Virus record (IMG/VR): IMGVR_UViG_3300031689_000003
Span: 1-60,325 of that record
Length of the DNA: 60,325 nt
DNA from: a virus
Lineage: Duplodnaviria > Caudoviricetes
Direction: 5' to 3' (one strand)
Made by a program: the position numbers and the translations under genes. The notes beneath the pieces were generated by a model. That model was not told the DNA's origin, made no database searches, and saw only the letters and a program-made list of their open reading frames with translations. Below are positions 26,480 to 37,106 of this stretch, piece after piece. Position 1 is the first letter of the stretch, and the number at the start of each line of letters is the position of its first letter.

Positions 26480-27268
26480 TTATGGGTAGCTTTTCATTAC
26501 TTCTGACTCAACCGCAAATAGATTGATAGGTGTTGTATCCGTATTCTCTATATTAAAAACACTATAGTGTCCTAAAATTCCGTGTGATTCTGCAACTGCA
26601 TTTTTTATATATAAATAAAAAGCATCTTGAATTGGTATTGGAACTGCAGGAGGCGAAGGTGCAATGTTAATTGATATAGTATTAATACCATTTGGTAAAT
26701 CAATGGTTATAGCGGTTATTGCTCCTGCTAATTGAGGAGAGGTGTATGGAGGTAATGCAAAATAAAGAACATCTCCAATTGACATAATGGTAGCTAAGTC
26801 CGTATCTAATGAAAACGAAACTACTGTTCCTGCTGCATTAACTGCAGAACTTGTACCAATACCATTCAATGAACGTAATACATATTCACTTGCCGCAGCA
26901 GGTGTTGCTCCTGAATTTCTTACAAAAGCATAGAAACTTCCTTCTTTCTTTTCAAAATAAGATGCGTTAATAAATCCGCTCGTTTGAATATCCGATGCCA
27001 TTGTAACAGACCATCTTGCATCTCCCTCTAAATTAATTGTTTTAAATAATTTATTCTCAAGAGGCATATCATTAAACACAGATTGCAAAGTACTTGTATA
27101 TTGTACTTCATAAAAATTGTTTCTTGTTTCATTTACGTTATGACGATAAAGATTCCCTTTGTTAAACGTATAGAAAAAATTATTCATACCTACCATAAAA
27201 TCAGGGTCATAAGAGTAAAAGGACGGCCATCCATTTACTCCTTCATCATATACTAAAGTGTTTGCCAT
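26480..27268 (-). CDS. Tail-associated structural protein
   Basis: TLVYDE...GWPSFYSY.P and KLFKTINLE resemble the C-terminal part of tail nozzle proteins; synteny. Confidence 0.55.
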   Translation of the reverse strand: MANTLVYDEGVNGWPSFYSYDPDFMVGMNNFFYTFNKGNLYRHNVNETRNNFYEVQYTSTLQSVFNDMPLENKLFKTINLEGDARWSVTMASDIQTSGFINASYFEKKEGSFYAFVRNSGATPAAASEYVLRSLNGIGTSSAVNAAGTVVSFSLDTDLATIMSIGDVLYFALPPYTSPQLAGAITAITIDLPNGINTISINIAPSPPAVPIPIQDAFYLYIKNAVAESHGILGHYSVFNIENTDTTPINLFAVESEVMKSYP

Positions 27269-27282
27269 TTTTTATATTTTTA

Positions 27283-28407
27283 TTATTGTAAACAATGTAT
27301 TGAATCTGAACATTCATATACAATACCATTAACTAATGTTGAATCAGCAGTTACACCTGTAAACGAGGTTATTGTAGCACAGTATACTGCTCCTGAACCC
27401 GGAAGTCCTATTCGATATTGAACTACATCACCAACACTATTACTAAAATCATCGTATGCTGATTGGTTGTTACCTGTTAGACAATCACTCATTATCATAA
27501 TCTGTAATCCACTTGGACAATTATCTATTTCAGTTATTATTCCTTCAATAACTCTCATATATCTACCTCCTGAAATTTTATAATAACCATTAAGTAAAGC
27601 AATACTTCCATTTACGTCTGAAAAAACAAAATCGTGTAATGCAGGATTACCTGCAGAACCTGTAACAATAACGTTATAAAACGTTTCTCCTAAAGTTAAA
27701 GGACAAACTGTTCCTACAGTTGCACCTAAAACTGAAGCACTAAATCCTGTAAGTTGTATAGGACAATCTATAGATACACCCCATGCCGTACTTGTACAAA
27801 CTCCTGCAATGTTTAAACTAACTATACTTGGAGATGCAGTTGTTTTTGGTATAACCATTACACTTGCCCCGGGAGGTGCTCCTAATTGAACTTGACCTGC
27901 TACTACTGTTTCCGTTTGAGTTACTCCTGTATTTACAAATGTATTTGATGCGGCTATATAATTAAATATCGGTACGTTTAACGTTGTTTTTGGTAATCCA
28001 CAATTAGCACTTGAAGAACCAATATAAGTAGCTGCATTATTTACTGTTGATTCTAATCTTCCAACATTAGGAGAACTAAATTTATTATAAACCACACTAT
28101 TAAATGTAGCTTTAAAACCATCGGGTATACTTGCAGGATTAAACGTTATTCTCATAGCACCAATAGCAGTTCCTGCATCAAAATCAAGTGTGTAAATTCC
28201 TGTAGTTCCATTTACATTAATGGTCTCACCACAAGATACTGCACAAGAAGGACATACCTGTTGCGGTAATAATTTACCTGATACTTGTTCTCTACTTATA
28301 GTATTATCTGAATAAAATTGGTCAGGTGCAAGTGTTGTCAATTCGGCATTTGTAAAAACTGCCGTTGAATTGCCTAATGTTATTCCATCTAAAAAAAAAG
28401 CTGCCAT
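27283..28407 (-). CDS. Cys/Thr/Gly-rich structural (tail appendage) protein
   Basis: Probable start MAAFF; beta-rich composition, multiple Cys. Confidence 0.5.
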   Translation of the reverse strand: MAAFFLDGITLGNSTAVFTNAELTTLAPDQFYSDNTISREQVSGKLLPQQVCPSCAVSCGETINVNGTTGIYTLDFDAGTAIGAMRITFNPASIPDGFKATFNSVVYNKFSSPNVGRLESTVNNAATYIGSSSANCGLPKTTLNVPIFNYIAASNTFVNTGVTQTETVVAGQVQLGAPPGASVMVIPKTTASPSIVSLNIAGVCTSTAWGVSIDCPIQLTGFSASVLGATVGTVCPLTLGETFYNVIVTGSAGNPALHDFVFSDVNGSIALLNGYYKISGGRYMRVIEGIITEIDNCPSGLQIMIMSDCLTGNNQSAYDDFSNSVGDVVQYRIGLPGSGAVYCATITSFTGVTADSTLVNGIVYECSDSIHCLQ

Positions 28408-28420
28408 AATTAAATTTTTA

Positions 28421-31400
28421 TTAAGGTGTTGGGGAACATCCACAACACGCTAATGTTGGACTTGCTCCTGCACATAAAGTTACTGATGTACTATTTCTAT
28501 AATCCCAAATTAAATACAAATACGTTCCTACACTTGGCATAGTAAATTCTGCAGAAAAAGCAGTATTACCATTGCTCGGTTCTGCGATAGGAGTTGCAAT
28601 TGCAGATGCAGTAATTAATGCAGTTATATCTGCGGAATTATTATTATATAAAGTGTTCGACCTAAGAAATCTAAATTTATCTTGAGTCAAAACAAAATTG
28701 TAATCATCAGTTTGTATTTTATTAGATAACATAGTTACAACAGAACCATCAGCAGGTATAACTCCTCCACCTTGTAATCCTTGTATACTTTTATACAAAG
28801 AAACAATTGGTGAATTTCCTGTAGCAAACTTTACATTTTCTTTATGTAATGGTGAAACAAAAGTTCCGTCTTTCCATCTATATTCATTAGTAATAAACTC
28901 ACCTCCATTGTTAGCAGAGTTTACCTGTACTAATTGTATTGTAATACTATCTGCAGCAGGACAAGCATAAGTTAATTCTACTGTACCTGCACCATTAGCA
29001 GTAAAAACAATATCAGCAGATTCTTCATTTACTTTATCTTTGTCAAATGTTAAAACTCCATTTGCAGTTACCGCTCCTGTATTTACCGTAACGCCATTAT
29101 ATGTTGCAGCTAAATTAATACTATTACCTTCAGCAGAAAGAAACTTATAAGTTAAATTCACATCACCTACAAGACTTCCAAAATTAACACAGAATGAATA
29201 TGTCTTCGCTGATGATGATGTAAACGTTTGTGTAATTCCACAATTTAAACAAGGAACAGGAGAAGGTATTTTAATCTGATTGTTACTCAAAACATACTCG
29301 TTCATATAAGGGTCGAAACCACCTAACTTTTGAGTCTGAAAAGAAGTTTGAAATAAATCTCTAAAGTAACCTCTCAATCCAAATGTAGATACAACTTGTA
29401 GTTGCTCATCTCTTGCACTTTGTCCTTTCAACATTATTACCGCTCCTCTTTTGGCATCAGTAAAATATTTAGAAGCACCATATATTGCAAAACTTTCAGG
29501 GTTGCTACTTATACCAAACTCTTCAATCCTTGCAATCTGAGTTCCTAATACTTCCGGTACTGTAGTTAATAAATTTCCTGCACCTGCATCAGAAAGTAAA
29601 TTCTTACCTGCCAACACATATGATATTTTATCTTCCTGCAAAACAAGAACATCTGTCTCTCTTGCAAAAAGTTTTTGAATAGGCCCAAACGATGCTTCTA
29701 ATGATTTAAAATTTAGCAAGCCTCCGTTAAACTCATTTAGTTTATTAACGTTTGATTCTTCATTATAGATACCACTATAAGTAATATCAGATAATCTTTC
29801 TGCTTGTTCGAATTCTGTACCTTGAGTTGTAAGTGCTCTGTTACCTAAGACCAAAGGTCTTCCTGTAATAGAATCTTGTATCTTAAAACTTTCTACTCCA
29901 TTTCCAAAAGCAAAACAATTAAAAAAATCAGTTTTAATTATAGCAGGTGTGTTAGTAGAAAATACTTGATTTTGTGTATTACCACTATGCTGACCTATTG
30001 CATCAATTGCAAACGAGTCTGAAGACTCATACCATAAATCCGGTTCTGCATCTTGTGAATCTGATTCAAAAACAATTGTATCTTCTGCTCTAATAACTAC
30101 AATATCAACTTCTATACGAACTGCTTTACGGTTATTACCTCTATAACCTTTTGAACTTCTTACTTCAAAAAATGTACGTTGCTGAAGAGTACCTGCACCT
30201 GTAGTATTAAATCTACAAGAAAGCAGAGAGTAACCACAGTTTTCTAAAGTCGTAGCATTATAATTTGGCCCTTCCATACCACCAACTATATTAGTTGCTT
30301 GTGCCTCTAATGCTGCTGCTATACTATCTCCTTCAAACCAATTTTTAAAATTAGTATATAAATCACTTGATACAAATTTAGCTTCTACTTCCCAACGTTT
30401 TTCTCCAACGTTATTTTTACCTCGTCTTAAATTTTTAATAACCATATTTATACGAGAACCTTGTGGTACTGTATAATCAATAAATTGTCCGGGTGCTGCA
30501 ATATTTTCTACATCAACAGGGTATTGTATCAACTGACATCCACCTGAATTTGGCCCTCTTACCTTTTCACCATAAGCAATAACAGGATAATCTCCAAGTA
30601 TTGTGTTAAAATTATTTGCTCTTATTTTCATATAAACTCCTGAAGGAACTGCAATATCTGCATCTGCTGAATTTATCGGAGGAGGGTCTAAAAAATCTCT
30701 TGGTTGTGCTTTCTTTTCTAATACAGTTGTTCTTGTACATCTTTGCACGACACCATTGGTATCTGTCTTAACAAGTAACTCATCTCCTTCTTCAATTTTT
30801 TGAGAGTTTTGTCCGTCAAGTAAGAAATAATTAGCACCTGATGTTGGGTCTCTAAAAAAGAAATTTGAATAAATAATATCATATTCTCCCTTATCAGGCT
30901 TGATACAAAATTTATATCTTTTAGCCCACGATGGTGCTATCTGTTGAATAGGAATTGTTACGTTTATTTTATTTACTGAATCTGATAAAGAACATCCAAC
31001 GTGTTGAGTATTATTAGGACTAACAAGAGCAGATGATGCTCTGTTATAATCATCCATATAAACAATACCTATTTCATAATCTCTATTACTTTTTAAACTT
31101 TTAGGGTCTCCAATTTCTTGAAAAGCTGCTTGAGCAAGTGTTATATCGTAATAAGAATAAACTGTTTGTGTAACATTTGCAGGTACTAATGAGTCAACAT
31201 ATTGTACTGCAGGTATTTGAAAAAATATTAGTTCTGATGAAGGAAAAGAAATAATCTTTATTGGTTGTGCTATTGCACTTATACCACTATTTACTTTAAA
31301 TAAAGTATCTAAATCATTATCAACTTCACAGTTAAAAAGGTCTGTAAATGTTGATGCAGAACAAGAATTTTGTACTGTTTGTATTGTAGCAGCATTACCT

Positions 31401-32827
31401 ATTCTTTCAATAAAATCTGCATCAATTGAAAGTGCGTATGCAGAACTATAATTTTGCTGAAGAGTATACTGAAAGCTAATATCTACAGGTGCTTGTTCTT
31501 CTACAGGAAAAGGAGTTTGTCCATTGTAACTATTAAATGTCCATCTAAGAAATATATCTATAATAGAACCTGCTACTAAAAATTTATCAGTTAAATTGAT
31601 ACTAAATGTTCCAATAGAACTTACATTACCATTTATAGTATAGTTAGCTGAAATTGTAGTTGTAGATAAATCACTTCTACCTACTTGCTCAGATGTTAAA
31701 CTTGTAAAATATTGTAACTGAGTTGGAACAAGAGAAACAGGACTACCTGTATTTTCTCTTGATAAATCGTATCCTTCTAAGTAGTTACCATACATAAGTC
31801 TATTACCCATAAGAGTCTGAGACTGAGCAATTTTAGGAACGTTATCGTATAATCTTAATATTTCTCCTACCGGAAGTATAGTAAAAATTTTACTATTACT
31901 AAACGTAAAAGTATATTCTGTATTATCAGCATATCCTAATTCCTCTTTATCTAATTTTTCTATAACTTTAATTATAGAATTATTCATATCTTTAAACAAA
32001 AGGTCTATCTCTTTTACAAGAGGCCCTCCTGAATTATAAGTGACATCACACATATTTGTGGTGTTCAACATTCCTGCATTTAAAGCAGTTGCAGTATCGT
32101 AGTCAAATATATTAGGAACAAAAGAAGGTTCACTAAATTGTGAAGTTGCAGAATATTCTCCGTCTTCATATCTATATCTATAAGCAAAACAAATAAATCT
32201 ATTTTCTAAAAAATTATCTTCAGAGTTAGTTATTAAAGGTCTAATGCTTGGAGAAGTAATGGGCGGTCTTTTTAAAACCTGAATTGCTTCACCTGTAAAC
32301 GAATCTATATTTGATACGGGATTACCGTAGTTTTTAAGGATATTAAATTGTCTTGGAGGATTAAGATTGTCTGTAAAAAAAACTAAGTTTTCAATTTTAT
32401 TAACTCCTGTAATAAGAAATTTACTATCAAAATTTAAAGTAGTATTAACTCCACCTCCGTCATCTACACTTATAATATGATAAGTTAATAAGTTTGATGT
32501 AGTATTGAATGACACAACCATATCTACCTTTCCTGTTGGAGAAGTTGATACAGGCTCTGAGTTGGACGAAATAAACCAATACACAGATTCATTAGCACCA
32601 TCTTCAAACGCACCAATACAACGTGCGTTAATAAGGGCTATCCCGTTATAGGTAAGTGTTGTTAGTCGAGTATTTCCTTTTGTGTTCTCAACAACGCCTA
32701 TTTCAGAACCTTCCGTAGAACCCATACGAATATTTAATCCGTCAATGTACTCCCCGTTTGGCACGAGTCGTTCATCAACCATCTTGTTCATTTTCCCTTG
32801 TATAAAATTTCTTGAAATATTCGGCAT
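28421..32827 (-). CDS. Tail nozzle/stabilization (muzzle-like) protein
   Basis: N-terminal F..GKMNK..DERL.PNGEY.D.LNIR, FAYRYRYEDGEYSA, LMYGNY.EGYD, GISSNPESFA. Confidence 0.72.
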   Translation of the reverse strand: MPNISRNFIQGKMNKMVDERLVPNGEYIDGLNIRMGSTEGSEIGVVENTKGNTRLTTLTYNGIALINARCIGAFEDGANESVYWFISSNSEPVSTSPTGKVDMVVSFNTTSNLLTYHIISVDDGGGVNTTLNFDSKFLITGVNKIENLVFFTDNLNPPRQFNILKNYGNPVSNIDSFTGEAIQVLKRPPITSPSIRPLITNSEDNFLENRFICFAYRYRYEDGEYSATSQFSEPSFVPNIFDYDTATALNAGMLNTTNMCDVTYNSGGPLVKEIDLLFKDMNNSIIKVIEKLDKEELGYADNTEYTFTFSNSKIFTILPVGEILRLYDNVPKIAQSQTLMGNRLMYGNYLEGYDLSRENTGSPVSLVPTQLQYFTSLTSEQVGRSDLSTTTISANYTINGNVSSIGTFSINLTDKFLVAGSIIDIFLRWTFNSYNGQTPFPVEEQAPVDISFQYTLQQNYSSAYALSIDADFIERIGNAATIQTVQNSCSASTFTDLFNCEVDNDLDTLFKVNSGISAIAQPIKIISFPSSELIFFQIPAVQYVDSLVPANVTQTVYSYYDITLAQAAFQEIGDPKSLKSNRDYEIGIVYMDDYNRASSALVSPNNTQHVGCSLSDSVNKINVTIPIQQIAPSWAKRYKFCIKPDKGEYDIIYSNFFFRDPTSGANYFLLDGQNSQKIEEGDELLVKTDTNGVVQRCTRTTVLEKKAQPRDFLDPPPINSADADIAVPSGVYMKIRANNFNTILGDYPVIAYGEKVRGPNSGGCQLIQYPVDVENIAAPGQFIDYTVPQGSRINMVIKNLRRGKNNVGEKRWEVEAKFVSSDLYTNFKNWFEGDSIAAALEAQATNIVGGMEGPNYNATTLENCGYSLLSCRFNTTGAGTLQQRTFFEVRSSKGYRGNNRKAVRIEVDIVVIRAEDTIVFESDSQDAEPDLWYESSDSFAIDAIGQHSGNTQNQVFSTNTPAIIKTDFFNCFAFGNGVESFKIQDSITGRPLVLGNRALTTQGTEFEQAERLSDITYSGIYNEESNVNKLNEFNGGLLNFKSLEASFGPIQKLFARETDVLVLQEDKISYVLAGKNLLSDAGAGNLLTTVPEVLGTQIARIEEFGISSNPESFAIYGASKYFTDAKRGAVIMLKGQSARDEQLQVVSTFGLRGYFRDLFQTSFQTQKLGGFDPYMNEYVLSNNQIKIPSPVPCLNCGITQTFTSSSAKTYSFCVNFGSLVGDVNLTYKFLSAEGNSINLAATYNGVTVNTGAVTANGVLTFDKDKVNEESADIVFTANGAGTVELTYACPAADSITIQLVQVNSANNGGEFITNEYRWKDGTFVSPLHKENVKFATGNSPIVSLYKSIQGLQGGGVIPADGSVVTMLSNKIQTDDYNFVLTQDKFRFLRSNTLYNNNSADITALITASAIATPIAEPSNGNTAFSAEFTMPSVGTYLYLIWDYRNSTSVTLCAGASPTLACCGCSPTP

Positions 32828-32828
32828 A

Positions 32829-33755
32829 TTATTTTATCCATTTATTCTGACCTCTCAGATTCATCAATAATCTTCCCGGATGTATGTTGCTAATTCTAAT
32901 TTTTGCATTTCTCAGTAATGCAGTTTTACGTTTTCTCATACGTGCAACTATGTATTCCTGTGTATTTAATTTAGAACCAAGTATTGCATATTCAATTGAT
33001 GCGTACACATACTCTTCGAATAACTTGTTTACAGTAATCTTACTGTCATCACCACCTTCCATACCGTCAGATATGTACTCAAGTACAACTAAGTTATTAG
33101 ATATGCTTGAACTAAAGTTTATTACTCCTGCTTTTCTGTCTATAGTAAAAGTTGGATTAGAATTTGCAGTTTCTGTATTTAAACCAAACCTTGCACCAAT
33201 ACCATATTCAAAATACCAACACCCATCTACATTATATCCTGTCTGACCATTAAATTGTCCATTGTTTTGGTCTAAGTAAATGCTTGGCTTGCTTCCTTTT
33301 ATTCTATCAAAGTCTAATGACGAGTCTTCAGGTCTTAAAATATTTCCTGATTGGTCAAATAAAACTCTTCCTGTTTGGTCTTGAAGATATGCTTGAGCAC
33401 TTTGTACCTGAATGTTTTCACTTAATGGAAACAAAATACCATCTCTATACATAGAAATTCTAACCCAATTTACATAATCGGGAGGTAAAACAAATCTCAG
33501 ACTATCATCAACCGCTAACTCTAAAACTTTTATTTCTTTAAAAGCATCATAGTTTAATTCTTGAATCGCTCTTTTTGCGTGAAACAATATCTTAAATCTC
33601 TCTTCATTGTTTACAAGACTATGATTACCCTGATACATCAACATAAAATTGTTTACTATATCATACAATGGTACGTATTGATATGAGCCCCAATTTACAT
33701 CTTCAGGGGGATTAACTCCATTGTCGTAGTACTGAAATTCTGATATATATGCCAT
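32829..33755 (-). CDS. Tail ring/adaptor protein
   Basis: FVLPPDYVNWVRI motif; position between capsid and nozzle genes. Confidence 0.6.
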   Translation of the reverse strand: MAYISEFQYYDNGVNPPEDVNWGSYQYVPLYDIVNNFMLMYQGNHSLVNNEERFKILFHAKRAIQELNYDAFKEIKVLELAVDDSLRFVLPPDYVNWVRISMYRDGILFPLSENIQVQSAQAYLQDQTGRVLFDQSGNILRPEDSSLDFDRIKGSKPSIYLDQNNGQFNGQTGYNVDGCWYFEYGIGARFGLNTETANSNPTFTIDRKAGVINFSSSISNNLVVLEYISDGMEGGDDSKITVNKLFEEYVYASIEYAILGSKLNTQEYIVARMRKRKTALLRNAKIRISNIHPGRLLMNLRGQNKWIK

Positions 33756-34714
33756 TATGCTTCTTCTTGGTTATCTTGGTTTTCTTCTGCTTGTGCAAAT
33801 GAATAAACATCCGCTTCTCTAATCATAACTCCTGCGTACTGAAGTATTTTTAAAATCAACCCTACTTCATCATCAAGAGGTATTTCAAAGTCTTGATAGT
33901 CAGCAGGACTCTGACTAAATACAGGTGTTCCGTTTGCTAATGTTACGTATGTCCATTTTGGTTCTGCAGGATATCTTAAGTACTGTGCTTGAACTTGTCC
34001 TATACTATCTATGGTATTAGGAAATGCAGTTAATGCATTAGCCTCCTGTGTGTATGCAGGGAATGTTAAGTTAGGAGCAGTTAGTAAAGAATTATTCAAC
34101 ATAGTTATTTTACTATGTGTAACTTTTTCTGCTTCTTCAAATTTTGTAGTACTTTTATATATGGCATAAGGCCTACCAATAGCATTCAAATCTGTACGAT
34201 TAGTTGTTAAAGTTGTTGAGTTATCTTTAACTGTAACTTTAGCGTATTGTACCCCACCGTTTTCATATGCGATAATATCCCCAATATTAATATCCGCAGT
34301 AAAATTAGCGGCAGAATCAATTAACTTATTATTGCCTGTTCCTGCTGAAATTGCCGTGGTAGTACCCTCGTCCAAAAGTGTTTGATATACTAATGCTTTA
34401 TTAAGCAAGTAGTAATCATCTCCTGTTGTTGTTTGAGATGGTAATGAATAAATATTATCAGCAGTTCTAACTAAACCTTTTGTTTCTGAAAAAATTTCAA
34501 TAGCTTCCTCTATACCTTTTCGTATATCTGCATAGCCCGTACCTGATTGACGTGCATTTTCTTTATTAATCTGATAGTTGTACTCATAAAAATAATTCTC
34601 AAAGATATCTAACTGTGCTTGTTTTGCAAATAAGTTAAAATCTGACGGAGATAGATATCCGTAATTGTTTTTATTTAGCACAGACAGAACTGTATTTCTT
34701 ACTGTGTTTATCAT
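33755..34714 (-). CDS. Tail ring/adaptor protein (probable start MINTV)
   Basis: LNKNNYGY.SP.DFN.FA..AQ, YLRYP..P.W.Y; synteny. Confidence 0.6.
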   Translation of the reverse strand: MINTVRNTVLSVLNKNNYGYLSPSDFNLFAKQAQLDIFENYFYEYNYQINKENARQSGTGYADIRKGIEEAIEIFSETKGLVRTADNIYSLPSQTTTGDDYYLLNKALVYQTLLDEGTTTAISAGTGNNKLIDSAANFTADINIGDIIAYENGGVQYAKVTVKDNSTTLTTNRTDLNAIGRPYAIYKSTTKFEEAEKVTHSKITMLNNSLLTAPNLTFPAYTQEANALTAFPNTIDSIGQVQAQYLRYPAEPKWTYVTLANGTPVFSQSPADYQDFEIPLDDEVGLILKILQYAGVMIREADVYSFAQAEENQDNQEEA

Positions 34715-34739
34715 CGTAAACTTTTTGGTAAAGATAAGC

Positions 34740-34770
34740 AAAAAAAAAGAGGGACTTAAAATAGCCCCTC
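34740..34770 (-). terminator. Intrinsic terminator; its U-tract abuts a TATCTTTA -7-like box (34729-34736)
   Basis: - strand GAGGGGC...GTCCCTC followed by T-run. Confidence 0.75.
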
Positions 34771-34794
34771 GTTTCAATCTTACTCTTTATTGTT

Positions 34795-35544
34795 TTATTT
34801 TTCAAGCATCTTCTCAAGCATTTTAAGGACATCAATCCCTTCATCACTTTGAAGATATGATGCTACAATAAACATAGGTTCTTCACCATATGGTACTGTA
34901 AGCATTCTTGTTTTATTAGTAGATGTGTTAAACCAAACTTCTTTTCTATTCTTTCTAAAAGCAAGTAAACCTTTTTCAAAGAACAATGCAACATTTGCTT
35001 GTAACTTTAACATTGGGTCACCAAGAATATTTATAAAGTTTTGTGGTTCTCTTTTGGCATATACCAAAATATCACGTCTTAATTCTGCAGTTGAGGTTCT
35101 TGAAGTATCTGTTCCAAAAAGAACTCTACTTACATTCTCAACCATATCTACACTTAAGTTTCTTGCTTCAATTAAAGCATCTACCTCAAGATTAAGGATA
35201 TTTACTATTGCCGCAGCATCTTTTGCTTCATCCACCTCAACGAATCTTTTTCCGTTTAAAGGATGTAATGATAAGAATTTCTGCAGTACTTGATTTTCTT
35301 TTCCAACATTTAAAAACCCATCTTCAAAGATAACCGGTTCTAAAATTGCATTGCCATCTTGTTCATCCTCAAAAGGACTTTTTTGATTTTTGGCATAACG
35401 AAGTGCTCGGTTTTCACCTGTGTCTTCATCAAAATACATTAAAGGAAATCTACGTGAGTTACGTGTTGGCAGCATAAAAGAAAGAGGAGCTGCTTCTCTT
35501 GTTAATTTGTATTGTCTTGCGACAAATTCCATTGGTTTTTTCAT
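34795..35544 (-). CDS. Conserved-looking hypothetical protein downstream of the major capsid gene
   Basis: ORF track; has its own terminator. Confidence 0.6.
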   Translation of the reverse strand: MKKPMEFVARQYKLTREAAPLSFMLPTRNSRRFPLMYFDEDTGENRALRYAKNQKSPFEDEQDGNAILEPVIFEDGFLNVGKENQVLQKFLSLHPLNGKRFVEVDEAKDAAAIVNILNLEVDALIEARNLSVDMVENVSRVLFGTDTSRTSTAELRRDILVYAKREPQNFINILGDPMLKLQANVALFFEKGLLAFRKNRKEVWFNTSTNKTRMLTVPYGEEPMFIVASYLQSDEGIDVLKMLEKMLEK

Positions 35545-35573
35545 TTGATAAGATTTAAAATTAAATTTATATT

Positions 35574-35614
35574 AAAAAAAAGGGAGGCTCATCAGAATAT
35601 TTATTGCCTCCCTT
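35574..35614 (-). terminator. Intrinsic terminator after the major capsid gene
   Basis: - strand AAGGGAGGC...GCCTCCCT followed by T7. Confidence 0.8.
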
Positions 35615-35630
35615 TAATATATTAATCTTC

Positions 35631-37082
35631 TTATTCAGAGAATATGAAGAAGTTGTTTGCACCTAATGTACATACTGCTCTTTCAGAAAGGAAGTTAACT
35701 TCCATTGCATCAAGGTCAGAAGTTTGAGCACCACCTGCAGAACCTGTAATCCAAGTTTTGTAGCGTCTGTCCTCAGTTTCTGAAGCACGGTATCTTACGT
35801 GTAAGAAAGGTCTCTTAGCATTTTTTCCTAAGATTTGGTCATAAACAGAAGTAGAACCTGCAGGAACTAACAATCCATTTACTCTACCTGAACCTGCAAC
35901 AGTAGAAAGTCCACCTCTCATTGTTGGGTCATTCAAGTATTTCCAATCAGACTTGTAAAAGTCATAACCTCTTCTGAATCCTGTAAATCCTAAATTCAAT
36001 GCCATTGTATCGTCATTGTCAAAAAGACCAAAAGATGCAGAGTTAGAAGCACCACCTACAACAAATCCGTTTAATGAAGCTAACATATCATCAATATCAA
36101 AAGAAAAATCTCTATCAACAAATATTACATTTTCTTCAATAGAACCTTGCTTGTCTAAACGACTAACAATAGTATCGAATTCTGTTAATGTAGTTGGATT
36201 TCCACCACCCCATACGTTACCTCTTGTAGAGACTACGTGGAAGATACCTTCAGAACCTTTGTTACCTACATCACCACCTGCTGCATTTAATTGTGCACCT
36301 GAACCTGCTTCTGCAGGAACTGCTTCAATCATTGCAGTCTCAAGATAATCGTCAAAACGTAATCTTGTTTCGTGCTCTGACTTCATATACCATAGGTATC
36401 CTGAAGCACCGTTTTCAGTTGTTACTTCAATCCATCCAATCTGTGCCATATCAGAACCTGATACTGCATATTTATCTTTTATGATAATTGGAGAATTTTC
36501 GAAGATGATATCATCAGCTTCTAAAGAACCTTGCATTCCGTTAGTTCCTTTTTTAAATTCAGAACCATAGATGAAGATTGTACATACTTGTGCTGCTGCA
36601 AAGCTTTGACCTGCTAATTCATAATAAGCTACATCAACTGTACCTAATGCTAAATCAACTGCAGTTACGATAGCTTTGTTAGACCCTGTTCCTGCATTAT
36701 CAGAAATAAATAAAGTCTGTCCTACTCTAATCGCAATTGGTTTTGCCGGAGCAGTTGGTGTTGGAATTAAAACATCCGAAATTGTAAAAGTTGCTACTCC
36801 AACTCCTGCTGCTGCTGCAGTTGCACAGTTAATATACTTTGTGTGTAAACGTCCTTGCTCAGCCCATTTAATTAAATCTGAGTTAGACGGCATCTCTGCT
36901 CCTACCATACGTAAGAAAGATGAGATGGTTCTATTACCATAACGTTCAAATTCCTTTTCATAAGTATCAGGAAGATACTGATTCAAGAAATCAAAGTTTG
37001 TAATATAATTGCTTGCTAACGGTGTCTGTTGTGCACTTGGTTGCAATGCAAATGTAGGTGCTGCATTTACTTGTCCTGCCAT
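35631..37082 (-). CDS. Major capsid protein
   Basis: 483 aa after portal and scaffold; WAEQGRLH, IIKDKYAVSGSD, LSERAVCTLGANNF; followed by a terminator. Confidence 0.82.
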   Translation of the reverse strand: MAGQVNAAPTFALQPSAQQTPLASNYITNFDFLNQYLPDTYEKEFERYGNRTISSFLRMVGAEMPSNSDLIKWAEQGRLHTKYINCATAAAAGVGVATFTISDVLIPTPTAPAKPIAIRVGQTLFISDNAGTGSNKAIVTAVDLALGTVDVAYYELAGQSFAAAQVCTIFIYGSEFKKGTNGMQGSLEADDIIFENSPIIIKDKYAVSGSDMAQIGWIEVTTENGASGYLWYMKSEHETRLRFDDYLETAMIEAVPAEAGSGAQLNAAGGDVGNKGSEGIFHVVSTRGNVWGGGNPTTLTEFDTIVSRLDKQGSIEENVIFVDRDFSFDIDDMLASLNGFVVGGASNSASFGLFDNDDTMALNLGFTGFRRGYDFYKSDWKYLNDPTMRGGLSTVAGSGRVNGLLVPAGSTSVYDQILGKNAKRPFLHVRYRASETEDRRYKTWITGSAGGAQTSDLDAMEVNFLSERAVCTLGANNFFIFSE

Positions 37083-37106
37083 TTTGTTTTTTTTTAAATT
37101 AATAAA

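Noticed and set aside
35589-35595. CTGATGA on the - strand after the major capsid gene as a third hammerhead
   Set aside because: It lies in the loop of the terminator hairpin; no GAAA or stem III follows
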